Below, in pieces: positions 58,459 to 64,000 of a stretch of DNA of 64,000 nt. The translations under genes were made by a program, and so were the position numbers. The DNA is from Pseudomonas aeruginosa PAO1 (GTDB lineage: Bacteria > Pseudomonadota > Gammaproteobacteria > Pseudomonadales > Pseudomonadaceae): assembly GCF_000006765.1 (NCBI RefSeq), contig NC_002516.2, one strand, 5' to 3'. How positions within the stretch are numbered: the first letter of the stretch is position 1; each line of letters begins with the position of its first letter. The notes below the pieces were generated by a model. It saw nothing but the letters and a program-made list of their open reading frames with translations. It ran no database searches and had not been told where the DNA came from.

Positions 58459-60522
58459 TTGAAACTGGACTCCCGACACAGCCTCTCGCTCAAGCTGCTG
58501 CGTGTCGTGCTACTGGCGGCGCTAGCCGTTGGCGTAGTGCTCAGTTGCGCGCAGATCGTCTTCGACGCCTACAAGGCCAAGCAGGCGGTGAGCAGCGACG
58601 CCCAACGCATCCTCGCGATGGTCCGCGACCCTTCCACCCAGGCGGTCTACAGCCTCGACCGGGAAATGGCGATGCAGGTCCTCGAAGGCCTGTTCCAGCA
58701 CGAGGCGGTGCGCCAGGCGAGCATCGGCCATCCCGGCGAGCCGATGCTGGCGGAGAAATCCAGGCCGCTGCTGGACCTGCCGACGCGCTGGCTGACCGAC
58801 CCGATCCTCGGCCAGGAACGCACCTTCAGCATTCGACTGATCGGCCGCCCGCCCTATAGCGAATACTACGGCGACCTGAAGATCACCCTGGACACCGCGC
58901 CCTACGGCGAGAACTTCGTCACCACTTCGGAAATCATCTTCATCTCCGGCATTCTCCGCGCCCTGGCCATGGGCCTGGTGCTGTTCCTGGTCTACCACTG
59001 GATGCTGACCAAGCCGCTGTCGAAGATCATCGAACACCTGGTCAGCATCAATCCCGACCGCCCCAGCCAGCACCAGTTGCCGCTGCTCAAGGGGCACGAA
59101 CGCAACGAGCTGGGGCTCTGGGTGACCACCGCCAACCAGTTGCTCGCCTCGATCGAAAGCAACAGCCACCTGCGCCGCGAGGCCGAGGACAACCTGCTGC
59201 GCATTTCCCAGTACGACTTCCTCACCGGCCTGCCGAACCGCCAGTTGCTGCAGCAGCAACTCGACCAGATCCTCGACGGCGCCGGCCGCCAGCAGCGCCG
59301 GGTGGCAGTGCTGTGCCTGGGCCTCGACGATTTCAAGGGGATCAACGAGCAGTACACCTACCAGCTCGGCGACCAGTTGCTGATCGCCCTCGCCGACCGC
59401 CTGCGCGGGCACAGCGCGCGGCTCGGTTCGCTGGCGCGCCTGGGCGGCGACCAGTTCGCCCTGGTCCAGGCCGACATCGAGCAACCCTACGAGGCGGCCG
59501 AACTGGCGCAGAGCATCCTCGACGGCCTGGAAGCGCCGTTCGAGATCGACCAGCACGAGGTGCGCCTGCGCGCCACCATCGGTATCACCCTGTTCCCCGA
59601 GGACGGCGAGACCACGGAGAAACTGCTGCAGAAGGCCGAGCAGACCATGACCCTGGCCAAGACCCGCTCGCGCAACCGCTACCAGTTCTACATCGCCAGC
59701 GTGGACAGCGAGATGCGTCGCCGCCGGGAACTGGAAAAGGACCTGCGCGACGCCCTGCAGCGCCACGAGCTGCACCTCGTCTACCAGCCGCAGGTGGACT
59801 ACCGCGACCACCGCGTGGTCGGCGTCGAGGCGCTGCTGCGCTGGCAACATCCGTTGCACGGCTTCGTCCCGCCGGACCTGTTCATCCCGCTGGCGGAACA
59901 GAACGGCAGCATCTTCAGCATCGGCGAGTGGGTGCTCGACCAGGCCTGCCGGCAGTTGCGCGAATGGCACGACCAGGGCTTCGACGACCTGCGCATGGCG
60001 GTCAATCTTTCCACCGTGCAGCTCCACCACAACGCCCTGCCACGGGTGGTCAGCAACCTGCTGCAGGTCTACCGCCTGCCGGCGCGCAGCCTGGAGCTGG
60101 AAGTCACCGAGACCGGCCTGATGGAGGACATCTCCACTGCCGCCCAGCACCTCCTCAGCCTGCGCCGCGCCGGCGCGCTGATCGCCATCGACGATTTCGG
60201 CACCGGCTATTCCTCGCTGAGCTACCTGAAGAGCCTGCCGCTGGACAAGATCAAGATCGACAAGAGTTTCGTCCAGGACCTGCTGCAGGACGAGGACGAC
60301 GCGACCATCGTTCGCGCCATCATCCAGCTCGGCAAGAGCCTGGGCATGCAGGTGATCGCCGAGGGCGTGGAAACCGCCGAGCAGGAGGCGTACATCATCG
60401 CCGAAGGTTGCAACGAAGGTCAGGGCTACCTGTACAGCAAGCCGCTGCCGGCCAGGGAACTGACCCAGTACCTCAAGCAGGCGCGACGCCTGAGCCAGGC
60501 CACCAGCAGCGAACGGCCCTGA
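58459..60522 (+). CDS. bifA: Membrane c-di-GMP phosphodiesterase BifA (687 aa; degenerate GGDQF + EAL)
   Basis: GGDQF, EALLR, DDFGTGYSS; TTG start after AAGGAAGG. Confidence 0.93.
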   Translation: MKLDSRHSLSLKLLRVVLLAALAVGVVLSCAQIVFDAYKAKQAVSSDAQRILAMVRDPSTQAVYSLDREMAMQVLEGLFQHEAVRQASIGHPGEPMLAEKSRPLLDLPTRWLTDPILGQERTFSIRLIGRPPYSEYYGDLKITLDTAPYGENFVTTSEIIFISGILRALAMGLVLFLVYHWMLTKPLSKIIEHLVSINPDRPSQHQLPLLKGHERNELGLWVTTANQLLASIESNSHLRREAEDNLLRISQYDFLTGLPNRQLLQQQLDQILDGAGRQQRRVAVLCLGLDDFKGINEQYTYQLGDQLLIALADRLRGHSARLGSLARLGGDQFALVQADIEQPYEAAELAQSILDGLEAPFEIDQHEVRLRATIGITLFPEDGETTEKLLQKAEQTMTLAKTRSRNRYQFYIASVDSEMRRRRELEKDLRDALQRHELHLVYQPQVDYRDHRVVGVEALLRWQHPLHGFVPPDLFIPLAEQNGSIFSIGEWVLDQACRQLREWHDQGFDDLRMAVNLSTVQLHHNALPRVVSNLLQVYRLPARSLELEVTETGLMEDISTAAQHLLSLRRAGALIAIDDFGTGYSSLSYLKSLPLDKIKIDKSFVQDLLQDEDDATIVRAIIQLGKSLGMQVIAEGVETAEQEAYIIAEGCNEGQGYLYSKPLPARELTQYLKQARRLSQATSSERP

Positions 60523-61425
60523 TCAGAACAGGCGGCTGAACAGCCAGCCCGCCAATAGCGCGCTGCCCAGGCAGAGCAACGCGGCCCCCGCCGCCTGGCG
60601 GCGCAGTTGCACGGCGAGATCGTCCTCGCCCTGGCTGGAGAGAATGAAGGGATGCGCCTCCCCCGGCTTGCCGAGCCGGTGGCGGGTCGGCGCGGCGCTG
60701 CTTGCCCGATGCCGATCCTCGGCCTCCAGCCGTGCCGCCAGGCGCACCCGGTTCCATTCGCGCTCGTCCAGCTCGCCGTTGCCGTCGCTGTCGAAGCGCG
60801 CCAGCAGCCCGTGGAAATCGCCCTTCCATTCACGGATCACCGCACCCTGCGCCCGTTCGGCATCGAGTCCCTGGCGACCGCCACCGCTGCTGCGGAATTC
60901 GCCCAGCGCATAGAGCGGCTCGCCGGCATGCAGGCGCTCCTCGGTGTAGCGGTAGAGCCGCTCTCCGCCGACCAGGGTGCCGAAGCTCTCCAGCAGTCGC
61001 AGGGTATCGATCGGTGCTTCGCGAAAAGCCTCCCAGCGCTGCTGGGTCAAGGGTCGCACCTCGGCGCCGCGTGGGTCGACCAGGCAGGCATCGGTGGCAT
61101 CGCGCAAGCTGAATGGCGACTCGCTGGCACCTTTGTCGACGGTGCGCCAGGCCTTCTCGCGGCCGCTGCGCTTTTCCTCGACTTCGATGCGGTAGCGCCA
61201 CCACAGGCACGGCTTGCCGGTCAAGGGAGCCTGCAGCGGGCCTTCCGGGCCCTCCTCGAGCACCCCGTAGAGTTCGACGAAACCCTGCGCCGCCGAACGG
61301 ATCCGCGAGGTCGGTACGTCGCCGAGCAGGCGCGCCCGGGCAAGGCGGTGCACGAACTGCCAGCCGGCCCAGGCGCAGAGCCCCAGGCTGGCGGCGATGA
61401 ACAGCCAGCGCAGGTCGAAGTCCAT
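60523..61425 (-). CDS. GIDE-like domain membrane protein with an EF-hand loop (300 aa)
   Basis: TMs at both ends; TSRIRSAAQGFVELYG, CLWWRY, YTEERL; loop DSDGNGELDERE. Confidence 0.75.
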   Translation of the reverse strand: MDFDLRWLFIAASLGLCAWAGWQFVHRLARARLLGDVPTSRIRSAAQGFVELYGVLEEGPEGPLQAPLTGKPCLWWRYRIEVEEKRSGREKAWRTVDKGASESPFSLRDATDACLVDPRGAEVRPLTQQRWEAFREAPIDTLRLLESFGTLVGGERLYRYTEERLHAGEPLYALGEFRSSGGGRQGLDAERAQGAVIREWKGDFHGLLARFDSDGNGELDEREWNRVRLAARLEAEDRHRASSAAPTRHRLGKPGEAHPFILSSQGEDDLAVQLRRQAAGAALLCLGSALLAGWLFSRLF

Positions 61426-61426
61426 C

Positions 61427-61999
61427 TCAGCCGAACAGGGCCTTGAGATCGACGTCGGCCTTCTCCGCCTCGCTGAACTGCAACAGCTCGGCGGCCTTGA
61501 AGCCAGCGACACGGGCGATCAGCAGGTCGGGAAATTGCTCGATGCGCACGTTGTTCAGGTTCACCGCCTCGTTGTACAGCTCGCGGCGATCGGCGATCCC
61601 GTTCTCCAGGCCGCTGATGCGCTGGGAAAGGAACTGGAAACTTTCGTTGGCCTTGAGCTGCGGGTAGTTCTCGGCCAGCGCGAAAAGCTGCCCCAGGCCG
61701 GCGCGCAGGCCGCTCTCGGCCTTGCCCAGGGCATTCACGTCGGCGCGCTCGCGGGCGCTGGCGACGGCGTTGCGGGCGGCGATGACCCGCTCCAGGGTGG
61801 CGCGCTCGTGCTGCATGTATTGCTTGCAGGCCTCGACCAGCTTCGGCAGCTCGTCATGGCGCTGCTTGAGGAGCACGTCGATGTTGGCCCAGGCCTTGCC
61901 CACGGCGTGCTTCAGCCGTACCAGGCCGTTGTAGAGCACCACCGCGTAGCCGGCGAGCAGCAGCAGGACAACCCAGAAAGCGATAGCGGTCAGACTCAT
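61427..61999 (-). CDS. lemA: LemA family protein (190 aa)
   Basis: YNGLVRL, WANIDVLLKQRHD, ENYPQLKANESF, RRELYN. Confidence 0.9.
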   Translation of the reverse strand: MSLTAIAFWVVLLLLAGYAVVLYNGLVRLKHAVGKAWANIDVLLKQRHDELPKLVEACKQYMQHERATLERVIAARNAVASARERADVNALGKAESGLRAGLGQLFALAENYPQLKANESFQFLSQRISGLENGIADRRELYNEAVNLNNVRIEQFPDLLIARVAGFKAAELLQFSEAEKADVDLKALFG

Positions 62000-62083
62000 G
62001 GACGGAGCTCCGGACGAAGATACTGGCATTCTAGCTGCGCCCGACATGTCCAGGCACGACGGCGATCACGCTGCGCCCTTTTC

Positions 62084-62108
62084 AAAAATGCAAATCTTTC
62101 GCATTATG
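62084..62108 (+). promoter_or_regulatory. Fur-like box upstream of icmP
   Basis: AAAAATGCAAATCTTTCGCATTATG: overlapping 11-12/19 matches to the Fur consensus; AATGC...GCATT dyad. Confidence 0.55.
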
Positions 62109-62192
62109 TGGCGGTTTTTTAACGCCCTCGCGGGTGTTTCCGACAAGCGCACGCCGCTTCGGCACGCCACCAATAAAGCAAAGGAATCCGCC

Positions 62193-63533
62193 ATGACTCG
62201 TATGCCCCTGGCCACCGCCAGTCTGCTGGCCCTCGCCATCTCCCTCGCCGGCTGCGGCGACGACAAGAAAGCCGAAGCGCCCGCAACACCGGCGGCCAGC
62301 ACGCAGCCCGCCGCGCCCGCCGCCGCCCCGGCCGCCAAGGTCGACGAGGCCGCCGCCAAGGCGGTGATCAAGAATTACGCGGACCTCGCCGAAGCCACCT
62401 TCGCCGATGCCCTGAGCACCGCCAAGGACCTGCAGAAAGCCATCGACGCGTTCCTCGCCAAGCCTGACGCGGAGACCCTGAAAGCCGCCAAGGAAGCCTG
62501 GTTCGCCGCTCGTACCCCTTACTCCCAGAGCGAAGCCTTCCGCTTCGGCAACGCGATCATCGACGACTGGGAAGGACAGGTTAACGCCTGGCCGCTGGAC
62601 GAAGGCCTGATCGACTATGTCGCCAAGGACTACCAGCACGCCCTGGGCAACCCCGGCGCCACCGCCAACATCGTCGCCAACACCGAGATCCAGGTCGGCG
62701 AAGACAAGATCGACGTCAAGGAAATCACCGGCGAGAAACTGGCCAGCCTGAACGAGCTGGGCGGTTCCGAAGCCAACGTCGCCACCGGCTACCACGCCAT
62801 CGAGTTCCTCCTCTGGGGCCAAGACCTGAACGGCACCGGTCCCGGCGCCGGCAACCGTCCCGCCACCGACTATGCCCAGGGCAAGGACTGCACCGGCGGC
62901 CATTGCGACCGTCGTGCCGCCTACCTGAAGGCCGTCACCGACCTGCTGGTCAGCGACCTCGAATACATGGCCGGACAGTGGAAAGCCGGCGTCGCCGACA
63001 ACTACCGCGCCAAGCTGGAGGCCGAACCGGTGGATACCGGCCTGCGCAAGATGTTCTTCGGCATGGGCAGCCTGTCCCTCGGCGAACTGGCCGGCGAGCG
63101 CATGAAGGTCGCGCTGGAGGCCAACTCCACCGAAGACGAGCACGACTGCTTCAGCGACGACACCCACCACACCCTGTTCTTCAACGGCAAGAGCATCCGC
63201 AACATCTACCTCGGCGAGTACAAGCGCATCGACGGCAGCGTGGTCAAGGGCCCGAGCCTGGCCGACCTGGTCGCCAAGGCCGACGCCGCCGCCAACGACA
63301 CCCTGAAGGCCGACCTGGCCGACACCGAGGCCAAGCTGCAGGCCATCGTCGACAGCGCCGAGAAGGATGGCGTGCACTTCGACCAGATGATCGCTCCGGA
63401 CAACAAGGACGGCCAGCAGAAGATCCGCGACGCCATCGCCGCCCTGGTCAAGCAGACCGGCGCCATCGAGCAGGCCGCTGGCAAGCTGGGTATCCAGGAC
63501 CTGAAGCCGGACAACGCCGACCACGAGTTCTGA
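62193..63533 (+). CDS. icmP: Imelysin-family lipoprotein IcmP (446 aa)
   Basis: Lipobox LAGC; GYHAIEFLLWG imelysin motif; EDEHDCFSD. Confidence 0.93.
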   Translation: MTRMPLATASLLALAISLAGCGDDKKAEAPATPAASTQPAAPAAAPAAKVDEAAAKAVIKNYADLAEATFADALSTAKDLQKAIDAFLAKPDAETLKAAKEAWFAARTPYSQSEAFRFGNAIIDDWEGQVNAWPLDEGLIDYVAKDYQHALGNPGATANIVANTEIQVGEDKIDVKEITGEKLASLNELGGSEANVATGYHAIEFLLWGQDLNGTGPGAGNRPATDYAQGKDCTGGHCDRRAAYLKAVTDLLVSDLEYMAGQWKAGVADNYRAKLEAEPVDTGLRKMFFGMGSLSLGELAGERMKVALEANSTEDEHDCFSDDTHHTLFFNGKSIRNIYLGEYKRIDGSVVKGPSLADLVAKADAAANDTLKADLADTEAKLQAIVDSAEKDGVHFDQMIAPDNKDGQQKIRDAIAALVKQTGAIEQAAGKLGIQDLKPDNADHEF

Positions 63534-63615
63534 TTCCTTCCTGTGCCAACAGCGTGCGGCCCATGGCCGCACGCTGCGTTTCAGGGCCTCGAAAGCGGTC
63601 TTCGCGGGCCTTTAC

Positions 63616-63635
63616 AAACGCAAATCCCTCTTATT
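63616..63635 (+). promoter_or_regulatory. Second Fur-like motif between icmP and the next gene
   Basis: AAACGCAAATCCCTCTTATT, 15/20 identical to 62086-62105. Confidence 0.45.
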
Positions 63636-63695
63636 TTGATTAGCCCCAACTGGTAAGCTTGCGGGCTGTTTCCACGCAGTCCGGGATGTTCGCCG

Positions 63696-64000
63696 ATGTC
63701 GTTGCCGTCACCTTCCATGCCGCTCGCCTGTCTCCTGACGGCGCTCCTTCTGGGCGGATGCGGCGCCGACGACGAACCGCTGCGCGCCGAGCCCGGCGAA
63801 CACCTGTCCGGGGGCGCGACCACGGTGCTGCAAAGCGACCGCAACGCCTTCTCCCTGCCCTCCGCCAACCTCGCCCCGAGCCGGCGCCTGGACTTCAGCG
63901 TGGGCAACAGTTTCTTCCGCAACCCCTGGGTCATCGCCCCTTCCTCCACCACCGCGCGCGACGGTCTGGGACCGCTGTTCAATACCAACGCCTGCCAGAA
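63696..64000 (+). CDS. Di-heme cytochrome c oxidoreductase-family lipoprotein, 5' end (truncated)
   Basis: My translation: MSLPSPSMPLACLLTALLLGGC...SGGATTV...GNSFFRNPWV...DGLGPLFNTNACQ, which looks like the start of a CxxCH; absent from the ORF track because no stop falls in the window. Confidence 0.8.
   Translation, partial: MSLPSPSMPLACLLTALLLGGCGADDEPLRAEPGEHLSGGATTVLQSDRNAFSLPSANLAPSRRLDFSVGNSFFRNPWVIAPSSTTARDGLGPLFNTNACQ

Overview
High-GC core chromosome of Pseudomonas aeruginosa. Gene order and recognisable proteins match, from memory, the PAO1 block from pctA (PA4309) to the start of PA4371. I saw no rRNA, tRNA, CRISPR array, integrase, transposase or prophage. Main content: tandem chemoreceptors pctA (partial) and pctB; a glycosyltransferase-deacetylase-flippase trio; purU, mvaT, sbcB; a 7-gene membrane/MoxR AAA+/DUF58 cluster with RsmA-type sites; PilZ and TPR lipoproteins; two USP genes with Anr boxes; pykA; sadC-odaA-odaI; class I fumarase; PfpI-RHH-MntH; acyltransferase; PLD and two YceI genes; an orphan amide-catabolic cluster; an ODP-like/serine hydrolase operon; olsBA with a Pho box; acpH; pyeR-pyeM-xenB; feoABC; a frameshifted membrane coiled-coil gene; argP/ACT/lysE; sodB; bifA; a LemA/GIDE pair; icmP and a truncated cytochrome c lipoprotein gene. 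The best leads are the MoxR-DUF58-SpoIIM-RDD envelope machine, the LemA + GIDE/EF-hand pair, a sigma54-type promoter on an 87-aa orphan ORF, a split serine hydrolase system, and a low-GC patch inside sbcB beside mvaT. Gene names and family calls come from recognition, not database searches. GC values were counted by hand.
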